A DNA stretch of 64,000 nt, from contig JAKSOW010000001.1 of the NCBI GenBank assembly GCA_024405395.1, positions 6,277-70,276 on the forward strand, written 5' to 3'. Below the pieces are notes generated by a model. It saw only the letters and a list, made by a program, of their open reading frames with translations. It had not been told where the DNA came from and made no database searches. The stretch's first letter is position 1. Each line of letters opens with the position of its first letter. Shown here piece by piece: positions 7,720 to 15,279 of this stretch. The stretch is from Kiritimatiellia bacterium. GTDB taxonomy: Bacteria > Verrucomicrobiota > Kiritimatiellia > RFP12 > UBA1067. The translations under genes and the position numbers were made by a program.

Positions 7720-9551
7720 TAATTCCCTTCTTTCGTAACCAAATCTAACCAATTCGGTATGTAGAGTTCTGCCCCTGGAACCTGTTCAACCCAAGAAGGT
7801 GGCAAATCATAATCAGAAGACAACCGCCCTGCCAGACGACCAAGAATAACCCGCACCTCCATTTTCTTCTGTAAAGACTCATCTATTTTTTTCCATGAGA
7901 ATGGAGGAGAAAGGAAAATCAGTTTTTCAGGGATGCAGAGACCATGATCCTGACGGTTAAACGTTTCAAGGTATTCAGCACCTCTCCATCCAGCAAGTAC
8001 TAACGTTCGTGTCTTATCTGGCAAAGCCGAAAGTTTCCGCACGAACGCAATTGCTGGGGCATTAGTATGGGACTGGAAAAACTGTCGCATCTCCTTGCCT
8101 TGATAAATCTGATATCCGCCATCAAGAACTGCGTCATCGCCTACAATCCACACTTTGGGATCTTCTCCGTTAAGCAAAACGTGATCTGGGAATCCCTTTA
8201 TGGATACCAACTGTCTGCAATTCCTTCCCCATATACCTACCACTACAACGGCACCAAGAGAAATAACCACAGCCATACATACAGCCACCAAAATCACCCG
8301 CCGTCCAAAAGGTCTAAAATCTTTGAACCCAGAAACAAGTGAAAATATCGGCAACACCCAAAGAAGTGGCTCCTCCAACTCATGTGTGAAACAGGCTGAT
8401 ACACCAAAAGCCACAAAGACCGCAAACGGCAAAGATTTCTTGTCGCGAAACGCCCACACCGCAAACAGGAACATGAAAAACAGCCAAGCAAACACATAGC
8501 CAACACGCTCCATACAACCCATCTCTACAAGCCATGTCAAATGGCTATTCTGCAGCTCAGACACCGCCAACGGCGTATCAAAGGACTGATACCAGTCAAC
8601 ATAGGCACGACCCCCATTACCATAGCCCCAACCTGTGGGAGCATCCGCCATCATTCTCGGTACAGCAGCCCACATTGTTCGCCGATCGGTGCGGGGGTCT
8701 TGGGCAAGAAAACCGCTGGTAAACCTAGTTCCACCAAACTTAAATGCAATGCCACCAAGGGCAACCAGCAGCAACAACGCTACCAGAATTCTGCGGAACG
8801 AAAATAAATCCTTGAATTCCCTAAAATGTGGTACAATAAGGGAAACAATACCCAAAACGAATCCGAGAAGACATCCCCGCGACTGCGTAAGGAACAAGAA
8901 GACCAATGACGCCAAGAAAGGGATGACGGCAACCATCCCGAGAATTAACCGACGACCATGAAACAACACCAATGCCACGGATAGGAACATCACCGACAAC
9001 ATCATAAAGATGGCTGCCGTCTTGTTTGGATTGATGAATTCCCCAAAAGGAATCCGGAACCGACCTGATTCTTTCCAGATGTCTACAGAAGTGACATCAT
9101 CCAACATTCCTCTTTGTTTCTGCTCCCAAAGCTTAGGTATGGCTTCATCCGACTGTACAGGCTTGATGCGCTTAACAACCATCTGCTCCCGATCGAAGGT
9201 CATCTTGCGCAACGTTCCATTATAAAACTCAAATTCCGTCTGTCCCCCAGTAAAGTCATCACGCGTACGAACGGTTGTCCGCCCATATTCAGAATAACCT
9301 TCCCACGGATCTTGGGCGAGTAAACGGGAAGGATTCTCCCGATCACGATACAAATAGCGAACCGTTTGGTCGGGTTGGGTCAATCGGCAAACCTCATAAT
9401 TTATCGGGACGAAAGTGGATTCAACTACATTAGTACCCCATTTAGTTGGGTCAGTTCGAAACCCATAGTAGGCGAATGACACCCATGACTGCAACAGAAC
9501 TATTGCAATCATAAAAATACGACGAATTGACCATGACTTAAACATATTCAC
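7719..9551 (-). CDS. polytopic membrane protein, O-antigen-ligase/Wzy_C-like core with extra N- and C-terminal soluble domains
   Basis: The central region has about 10 hydrophobic helices. It includes FLTQSRGCLLGFVLGIVSL, which resembles the Wzy_C/WaaL signature region. A ~170-aa region separates the first hydrophobic segment from the core, and a ~190-aa soluble tail follows it. The start is GTG 9551 or ATG 9545, 2-8 nt after the upstream stop. Confidence 0.7.
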   Translation of the reverse strand: MNMFKSWSIRRIFMIAIVLLQSWVSFAYYGFRTDPTKWGTNVVESTFVPINYEVCRLTQPDQTVRYLYRDRENPSRLLAQDPWEGYSEYGRTTVRTRDDFTGGQTEFEFYNGTLRKMTFDREQMVVKRIKPVQSDEAIPKLWEQKQRGMLDDVTSVDIWKESGRFRIPFGEFINPNKTAAIFMMLSVMFLSVALVLFHGRRLILGMVAVIPFLASLVFLFLTQSRGCLLGFVLGIVSLIVPHFREFKDLFSFRRILVALLLLVALGGIAFKFGGTRFTSGFLAQDPRTDRRTMWAAVPRMMADAPTGWGYGNGGRAYVDWYQSFDTPLAVSELQNSHLTWLVEMGCMERVGYVFAWLFFMFLFAVWAFRDKKSLPFAVFVAFGVSACFTHELEEPLLWVLPIFSLVSGFKDFRPFGRRVILVAVCMAVVISLGAVVVVGIWGRNCRQLVSIKGFPDHVLLNGEDPKVWIVGDDAVLDGGYQIYQGKEMRQFFQSHTNAPAIAFVRKLSALPDKTRTLVLAGWRGAEYLETFNRQDHGLCIPEKLIFLSPPFSWKKIDESLQKKMEVRVILGRLAGRLSSDYDLPPSWVEQVPGAELYIPNWLDLVTKEGN

Positions 9552-9553
9552 GA

Positions 9554-10195
9554 TTATTCGTCATCCTCTTCTTCTTGATTTTCCTCAAGCCATTTCTGAG
9601 CGGTGGCAACATTTTTCCAATCATCACCCGTCACGTATTCATAAGCTTCTTTCGCCGCCGCACGCGCAACACCATTACTGCTGGCAATAAGATGAACGAT
9701 GATATCAATAGACAAAGTAGGACGCAGATCGTTCAGTTGAAATGAAATTGATTCCATAACTTCACGATCACGAACCAACATCATGGTCTCCTCAATGAGT
9801 ACACCCTTTTCATGTTCATCCTCAATATCATTAATTGCCGAATCCCATTGATCCTGTGCCTCTGATCTAACGTCTTCATCGCGGTCAAGCAAAAACGGCA
9901 TCAACGCCCGTACAGATTTTTTTCCAAACCAGCCAATGGATTCAACACAACGCAAGCGAACTACTGCATTTTTCGAATTCTTGAGCTTTTCTACATAAGA
10001 CAATGCCTCCTGAAAATCTTCCTTCTCTACAGCATTCTCAAGATCAGAAACCTGCTTCTCTTCGCTAACCGTACATTCTGATGTCTCTACAACATTCTTT
10101 TGCATTTCCTTATCGGGTTCAGACTTGCCGCAACCGCTAAGTAGACAAACAACAACAGCAATACCGACTATATTCTTCATTTCTATCACCTTCAT
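9554..10195 (-). CDS. HEAT/PBS-lyase-like repeat lipoprotein
   Basis: The ATG at 10195 overlaps the upstream TGA (ATGA). The N-terminus MKVIEMKNIVGIAVVVCLLSGCGK contains the lipobox LSGC. VRLRCVESIGWFGKKSVRALMPFLLDRDEDVRSEAQDQW is HEAT-like. The tail is acidic. It is a paralog of 11688..12614. Confidence 0.75.
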   Translation of the reverse strand: MKVIEMKNIVGIAVVVCLLSGCGKSEPDKEMQKNVVETSECTVSEEKQVSDLENAVEKEDFQEALSYVEKLKNSKNAVVRLRCVESIGWFGKKSVRALMPFLLDRDEDVRSEAQDQWDSAINDIEDEHEKGVLIEETMMLVRDREVMESISFQLNDLRPTLSIDIIVHLIASSNGVARAAAKEAYEYVTGDDWKNVATAQKWLEENQEEEDDE

Positions 10196-11685
10196 GGCAA
10201 TGAGGCCAGAACTGTAACGTTGCCTTGACCCTGAATTTTTATTGTTCCTGTGATTTTGCCAGAATTCAAATCCAGACTTAACAAACCGATGACCACATTT
10301 TTCCCAGATTTCCTGAAAACAGGCAACCAGGTCGTTACGCAATCGGTACTCTCAACCAACACACTCTTGGTATTGATGCGAAGTCTATTTGGAAACGTTC
10401 CCTTTATTGAAACTACACCTGTCTTCGCTGCCGCCTTCTTCATTACCAACTGTAGTTCTGTTTCATTTTCAAGGATAATCTTACGGTCCATAACATAAAG
10501 ACTCGCAGGAGACTTTGCTGTCCAAAGTGTATGAGAGAAACAAATTCTACGCGACACACCATCTGTAGATATGAAATTTCCTATCAGCTGCCCTTCGGAT
10601 GTAACAGCTAACAAAAATGAACATCCCACTCCCGTTCCTGAAATTTCCAATATACCATCCGATGACAAACTTTTCCACCCTTTAGAAACCGCCTTCAACT
10701 TGTTATCGACACCATCATACTGGATTTTTGCCTGTCCTTTCTCCGAGAGTGTTAAGGATATTATTCCTTGCATCTCGCCATCCTCTGACAATATAAATCC
10801 ACTTGTCTTCACCGACTTTGTGATCGTGAAGGCAGAACAGACTTTAGAAACTGGAACCACAGTAATCGTTAGGGTAAATGTCTGACTGCCCTTCTCTATT
10901 CCTACATCGCGTTTTTCAGCCAGAATCCAAGAACTGGTAAACGTACCTGCTTTAGTTGGATTTCCTTTAAACAAAACCCGTTTAGAGACAGAATCATAGG
11001 ATACCTTTATTCCCGAAGGGAGTCTTCCAGAAGCCTTCTTTACCTGCACCATCCCACCTACCGTATTGGTTACTTGAAAGTATTCCTCAAAAGGAATATG
11101 CTGAACTGACTCAACAGTTGCATTCCGAAGCGCAAACGCCGGCATTGGCTGATCCATAGGTGCCGATGGTCTAGGAGAATCTAAAGTAGAGGAAAATGCA
11201 AAGCCCGAATCAACCAAAACCTTCTCAACTGAACTAGTCAACTGCAACGCTAGGGGCCCAAGTTTCACCGGCATGTATCCATCGCGACCAACAAAAGCTC
11301 TCTCAATTATCGTTCCATCTGTTTTTGGCCAATAGATGCAAAACAACGGCAACTCATTAATCCACGGATTAATAGATCGTATGAATTTAAGTCCTGCTTT
11401 TGCATCTGAATCGCCATCATGACATACGCTCATTATTATGCGGTGGTCATAAAGCCATTCCTGAAAATCAGCACTATCTAGTGCTGACTTCATCTGATTG
11501 CACATTGGACATGAGCTACGTGCCCACAATAACAACATAGGAGTGCATGTCTCGTTAGCATAGCTAAGACCCTTGGAAAACCCCGCATTCCACTCACCTA
11601 AACATATCTCTCCCCTAGAAAAAGAAAAAGCCCATACACTGAAAACTAGAATGATATTAAAAGACAGTACCAAAATTTTTTTCAT
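10192..11685 (-). CDS. exported thioredoxin-fold (CxxC) + Ig-like domain protein
   Basis: The signal peptide is MKKILVLSFNIILVFSVWAFS. The CxxC context is MLLLWARSSCPMCNQMKSAL. ELPLFCIYWPKTDGTIIERAFVGRDGYMP is conserved with the paralogs. The Ig-like segment is GRLPSGIKVSYDSVSKRVLFKGNPTKAGTF. The start lies 2 nt after the upstream TAG. Confidence 0.8.
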   Translation of the reverse strand: MKKILVLSFNIILVFSVWAFSFSRGEICLGEWNAGFSKGLSYANETCTPMLLLWARSSCPMCNQMKSALDSADFQEWLYDHRIIMSVCHDGDSDAKAGLKFIRSINPWINELPLFCIYWPKTDGTIIERAFVGRDGYMPVKLGPLALQLTSSVEKVLVDSGFAFSSTLDSPRPSAPMDQPMPAFALRNATVESVQHIPFEEYFQVTNTVGGMVQVKKASGRLPSGIKVSYDSVSKRVLFKGNPTKAGTFTSSWILAEKRDVGIEKGSQTFTLTITVVPVSKVCSAFTITKSVKTSGFILSEDGEMQGIISLTLSEKGQAKIQYDGVDNKLKAVSKGWKSLSSDGILEISGTGVGCSFLLAVTSEGQLIGNFISTDGVSRRICFSHTLWTAKSPASLYVMDRKIILENETELQLVMKKAAAKTGVVSIKGTFPNRLRINTKSVLVESTDCVTTWLPVFRKSGKNVVIGLLSLDLNSGKITGTIKIQGQGNVTVLASLP

Positions 11686-11687
11686 TG

Positions 11688-12614
11688 CTACTCTCCTTCA
11701 GAATTTTGCCCTTCTTCTTTTGAAATCGTTTTATCAAAATTTTTTCTCTCTGGTATATCGTACTCTGTGTCGTTTATGATTTTCATACCAGAAATATCTA
11801 TTTCTGGGTCAAATACCTCTGGGTGAAGAGATGCTCGATAGACTGGTATGTCATCAGATTCTTCTGACAAATCAATGTTCTCATTGACCCAGGCTTGTGC
11901 AGCCTCAAACGTCGTATACTCCTCCCCTGTTAGAAAAGAATAAGACTCAAGTGCTACATCCACAACATCTGGATTCTCACTATTAATCAAGGCTACCACT
12001 GACTCAATCGCCGTAAAAGTTGATAGTTCATTCAAATTAAAAGCGATATCTTCCAACATATCACGGTCTTTAATCACACCCATTGTAGCTTCAATAATTG
12101 TAGCCTTAACACGCTCATCTTCGACTTGACCTAAAGCAGATAACCAAAGATCTTGTGCAGCATCACGAACATTTTCATCCTGATCAACAAGAAAAGGCGT
12201 CAACTCAGGAAGGGCTTCCTCATTAAACCAACCAAGTGCCTCAATGGCTCTAAGGCGAACAATCTCATTTGTGGAATTTCCCATTAGTTTTGCAAGTTCT
12301 TGAACTGTAGTGAAATCCTCGGCATTAAGAGCTTTATCAACTTCATCAAACAACCGTCGATCCTGTGGCGAAACCTCATCAGGAATTTGAGATCGATCAA
12401 CTTTTCGTTTTTCCCGCCTTAATGTATTAACTTTAATGCTCGTATCCCTTATCTCAACTAGTTGCTTAACATTTGCCGGTTTGCGCCTTGATATACGCAT
12501 TCCAGTTCCAGATCTATTAGTTTGCCCCTCAGTCTCTTTATTGGTTGAAATATTGAAAATGAAAATGGCTATCGTGAATAAAATTACTGAAACTAAAAAA
12601 ATCTTAATTTTCAT
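11688..12614 (-). CDS. HEAT/PBS-lyase-like repeat protein with N-terminal membrane anchor
   Basis: The ATG at 12614 lies 1 nt after the upstream TAA. The N-terminus is MKIKIFLVSVILFTIAIFIFNIS. VRLRAIEALGWFNEEALPELTPFLVDQDENVRDAAQDLW aligns closely with the 9554 gene product. The tail is acidic. Confidence 0.75.
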   Translation of the reverse strand: MKIKIFLVSVILFTIAIFIFNISTNKETEGQTNRSGTGMRISRRKPANVKQLVEIRDTSIKVNTLRREKRKVDRSQIPDEVSPQDRRLFDEVDKALNAEDFTTVQELAKLMGNSTNEIVRLRAIEALGWFNEEALPELTPFLVDQDENVRDAAQDLWLSALGQVEDERVKATIIEATMGVIKDRDMLEDIAFNLNELSTFTAIESVVALINSENPDVVDVALESYSFLTGEEYTTFEAAQAWVNENIDLSEESDDIPVYRASLHPEVFDPEIDISGMKIINDTEYDIPERKNFDKTISKEEGQNSEGE

Positions 12615-12615
12615 T

Positions 12616-13692
12616 TTACTTCTTCCTTTTACGCGTTGGGAAAACGATACCTTCTCCATAAGGATATTTGATAATCGCTTTCTTACGCAAATCGCGAATA
12701 GTATTCCCGATAACCTCTTCCTGTCGTTCCTTAATCAATTCACGTTTTATGAATTCAGGATCCTCGTCAAATATTATGGCTGTTCGCCAAACAATGCGGG
12801 CAAGATGGCGAGCAAATACTGTTCCATCACCATTCACATCTTCTTTATCGCCCAAAAATTTTACTATCTCTATCCCATCATCGGTTGTCATAACATCTGT
12901 AATCTCACCAGGCTTTAAACATACTATGCTCTCCCAATAAACTGGGGCTTCCATTGAGAAGTCATCAGCCGTGCAAAAACCCAAGTCACCTCCTGGATTT
13001 TTTTCTTCATCCTGTGAAAAATCATCAGCCAGCTCAGAGAAATCTGCACCAGCCCTTGCCCTTGCCAAAACGTTAGTTGCTTCTGCATAAATGTGAATAT
13101 TTGTCTGCACCATACGCGCATTGTATGCAATCGTTTGCGCCACTTGATTTGAAATTGCTTCGGCAGATACCAGCATTTGAGTTGCCAATGCCGTCTTAAT
13201 GTAGTGCTGGCTCCATAAATCCAGCTCTAGCATCTCTTCAATCACATGACAATTAACACCTTTATCAAAGGAACAAAGTTGTTTGAAAGACATTCCTTTT
13301 TTACCATAGCTTAACGCATATTTTTCCTGAAGCTTCAACCTTTCTTCTTTTGTTGGCACAAAATTCATCCGTTTTGCTTCACTTGCCAACAATGCCATCG
13401 GAAAAAAGTTTTGATATTCTTTCTCCCGAAACCGCGTCTTTAGCATTTGAAACTTATGATCTGCTATAGTACCGACTTTCGCTTTGGCAAAACTCAATTT
13501 TGCCATAATTTGACCCTCATATTGTCCCTTGGTCAACTTTATACCATTGACTTCTACAAGCACCGAGTCAGAGTTGAGGCTACTATATGTTTCTCTCGTG
13601 CCTTTCGCACCATAAACATTGTTTATCCCGAAAGTAAGAAACAACAAAACTATACGAACAATTTTAAATGGAGTATAAGTTTTCATTTCCAC
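12616..13692 (-). CDS. exported SurA-N/parvulin-type peptidyl-prolyl cis-trans isomerase
   Basis: The N-terminus is signal-like (IVRIVLLFLTFGINNVYG). The PpiC/parvulin signature region is GGDLGFCTADDF...LKPGEITDVMTTDDGIEIVKFLG. The preceding helical region resembles the SurA/PrsA N-terminal chaperone part. Confidence 0.8.
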   Translation of the reverse strand: MEMKTYTPFKIVRIVLLFLTFGINNVYGAKGTRETYSSLNSDSVLVEVNGIKLTKGQYEGQIMAKLSFAKAKVGTIADHKFQMLKTRFREKEYQNFFPMALLASEAKRMNFVPTKEERLKLQEKYALSYGKKGMSFKQLCSFDKGVNCHVIEEMLELDLWSQHYIKTALATQMLVSAEAISNQVAQTIAYNARMVQTNIHIYAEATNVLARARAGADFSELADDFSQDEEKNPGGDLGFCTADDFSMEAPVYWESIVCLKPGEITDVMTTDDGIEIVKFLGDKEDVNGDGTVFARHLARIVWRTAIIFDEDPEFIKRELIKERQEEVIGNTIRDLRKKAIIKYPYGEGIVFPTRKRKK

Positions 13693-13705
13693 TGCTATCT
13701 CAAAT

Positions 13706-13744
13706 GTAAAAAGCGGGAGGAAGCACTTTCATGCATCCACCCGC
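13706..13744 (-). terminator. candidate rho-independent terminator after the 13779 gene
   Basis: On the minus strand, GCGGGTGGA pairs with TCCTCCCGC (one T:T mismatch) and is followed by TTTTT. A second perfect hairpin, TTATTCGCC-GAAG-GGCGAATAA, lies at 13757..13778 directly after the stop. Confidence 0.45.
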
Positions 13745-13778
13745 CTTGTCTCAATTATTCGCCCTTCGGCGAATAACC

Positions 13779-14657
13779 TTACTTAGCATACGCAGGCATA
13801 TAGGCAGCAACACCCTTAGTACCATTGGCAATCTTCTTGCTGTACTTCAGCTTCCACGTACCATACGCAGCAAGCAGTTCAGAACCAGCAGATTCGGTAA
13901 GATCGTCACAAACCGCACCGAAATCATCGCAGATACCAACAAGACCAGCCCAGTGATAGTCACACTCACGAATGGTAGGATCACCCGTCACCGAACCGGC
14001 AACACTACCAGAAACGTTCTTGACAACACCCTTCTTGACATCAAACGAACCAAGACCAGCGAGCTTAAGGTCGTAATCACTGAAATCAGCCGTTTCAGCA
14101 TTAAAACCACCTGCCCCATCCGAGACATTACGCCAAGCATAGTCAATCCAACCCATGTCACCATTCTCATCCTTGGCGTACACCTGCTCCTTACCAGCGA
14201 AGTCCCAGACCATGGAAACCTTGTTGGCCTTCTTCTCGTAACGATAAACCTCATCGCCAACAGCCGACTTGAAGTCATTAGCCTTGTATTTCTCAACAGT
14301 CTTACCGCCTTCGACAACAGTCTCCGTAGTGAGGTAATCACCAATCACGTGCTGGAAGCCCTTATCGGTACGCCAAATCACGTACTGGGCACCATCAAAA
14401 TCGCAAGCCGACTTGCAGTTCCAAATGATACCCTTCAGCGTACGCTTACCATTCTTGTAGTAGGAGACACACGTTTTCGTCTCACCCAAGCACGCACTAC
14501 CACCCTTGCACTTAAGGGTCTTGGGAGCGAGCGTCTTAAGCTTGATCGTAAGATCATAAGCCTGACAATCCGAACTCGGATCAATCGTGCAGAGGTCACC
14601 TGCAAAAACACCAATACCAGCAGCTGCAACAGCGGCAGCAATCATCAACTTCTTCAT
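13779..14657 (-). CDS. exported Cys-rich protein, unknown family (paralog of 5266..6048)
   Basis: The best start is the ATG at 14657 (MKKLMIAAAVAAAGIGVFAG, a signal peptide), preceded by an A-rich/GGA region. It shares motifs with the 5266 gene (see that entry). The overlapping plus-strand ORF 13731..14732 is judged an antisense artefact. Confidence 0.75.
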   Translation of the reverse strand: MKKLMIAAAVAAAGIGVFAGDLCTIDPSSDCQAYDLTIKLKTLAPKTLKCKGGSACLGETKTCVSYYKNGKRTLKGIIWNCKSACDFDGAQYVIWRTDKGFQHVIGDYLTTETVVEGGKTVEKYKANDFKSAVGDEVYRYEKKANKVSMVWDFAGKEQVYAKDENGDMGWIDYAWRNVSDGAGGFNAETADFSDYDLKLAGLGSFDVKKGVVKNVSGSVAGSVTGDPTIRECDYHWAGLVGICDDFGAVCDDLTESAGSELLAAYGTWKLKYSKKIANGTKGVAAYMPAYAK

Positions 14658-14899
14658 TTTTTTTCCTTTTTTAACCGGGTAGAATCCCGTGCCTTTACGA
14701 CGGTCGATCGTTTCCCAGATGAAAACCGCTGAGATATTCGGCCGGGCCACACTAGTATACCCGTACTTTTTTACAGGAGCTACCCTGATCTCTCACGCTT
14801 CGGGGCTGCATTCAGTAGCCCAGCACGTAACAATCTTTCGACCATTACTCCTAGGGTACTGGACTAATCCAGCCACCCTTCCACGGGAGAAACGCGCAT

Positions 14900-14928
14900 A
14901 TCATATCAAAAGTCGTTTTGCCTTGCAA
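14900..14928 (-). promoter_or_regulatory. candidate sigma70-type promoter (TTGCAA-17 nt-TATGAT) for the 13779 gene
   Basis: On the minus strand, TTGCAA is at 14928..14923 and TATGAT at 14905..14900, with a 17-nt spacer. This implies a 5' leader of about 235 nt before the ATG at 14657. Confidence 0.4.
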
Positions 14929-15046
14929 GTGGGAAATCAATTTTTTTTTCATTTTCTTTGTCACAACGCCACCAGGTGGATTTGCCTTGTAAGACTATTT
15001 AATGAGCGCACCATACACAATGCAAATGCAAAACTCTCTTGTTCAT

Positions 15047-15076
15047 AAACAGAACAGCTCGTCGGTTGACGAGCTG
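15047..15076 (-). terminator. candidate rho-independent terminator downstream of the bS22-like ORF
   Basis: A perfect 9-bp stem, CAGCTCGTC/GACGAGCTG (15055..15076), has a 4-nt loop and is followed on the minus strand by TTCTGTTT. It lies exactly at the high-GC/low-GC boundary. Confidence 0.5.
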
Positions 15077-15119
15077 CTTGTTGATTGATGCCTTGAAGCA
15101 TCTTATCCTATAATAAGGA

Positions 15120-15209
15120 TTACTTGTTTTTGTGGCGCTGCGCCTTCATGCGCTTGTCGTATTTGTGCTTCGACATTTTTTTCCGCCGTTTTTTCTTGAT
15201 CGAACCCAT
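15120..15209 (-). CDS. 29-aa highly basic micro-protein resembling ribosomal protein bS22 (AURKAIP1/COX24-like)
   Basis: It is below the ORF-track threshold. My translation is MGSIKKKRRKKMSKHKYDKRMKAQRHKNK. AGGAGA sits 6 nt upstream of the ATG. The MGS[IV]xKKRRxxMxKxKH pattern matches my recollection of bS22-type proteins. Confidence 0.6.
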   Translation of the reverse strand: MGSIKKKRRKKMSKHKYDKRMKAQRHKNK

Positions 15210-15279
15210 TTTGTTCTCCTTGGTTGAGGGTTTAAAGCAACTGAGGCCCCTTAGCCCAGATGCCTATTGGCCCGTTGCT

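Noticed and set aside
13731-14732. Plus-strand 333-aa ORF in the low-GC block.
   Set aside because: It lies opposite the Cys-rich exported protein gene, which has a signal peptide, a paralog and promoter/terminator signals. The plus-strand translation is a T/I/L/R/N-rich string with no features.
1-15100. Search for integrase, transposase, tRNA or direct repeats that would define the low-GC block as a classical genomic island.
   Set aside because: None is recognisable within the window. The right boundary is just a terminator next to the bS22-like ORF, and the left boundary lies outside the window. The island status therefore remains an inference from composition.
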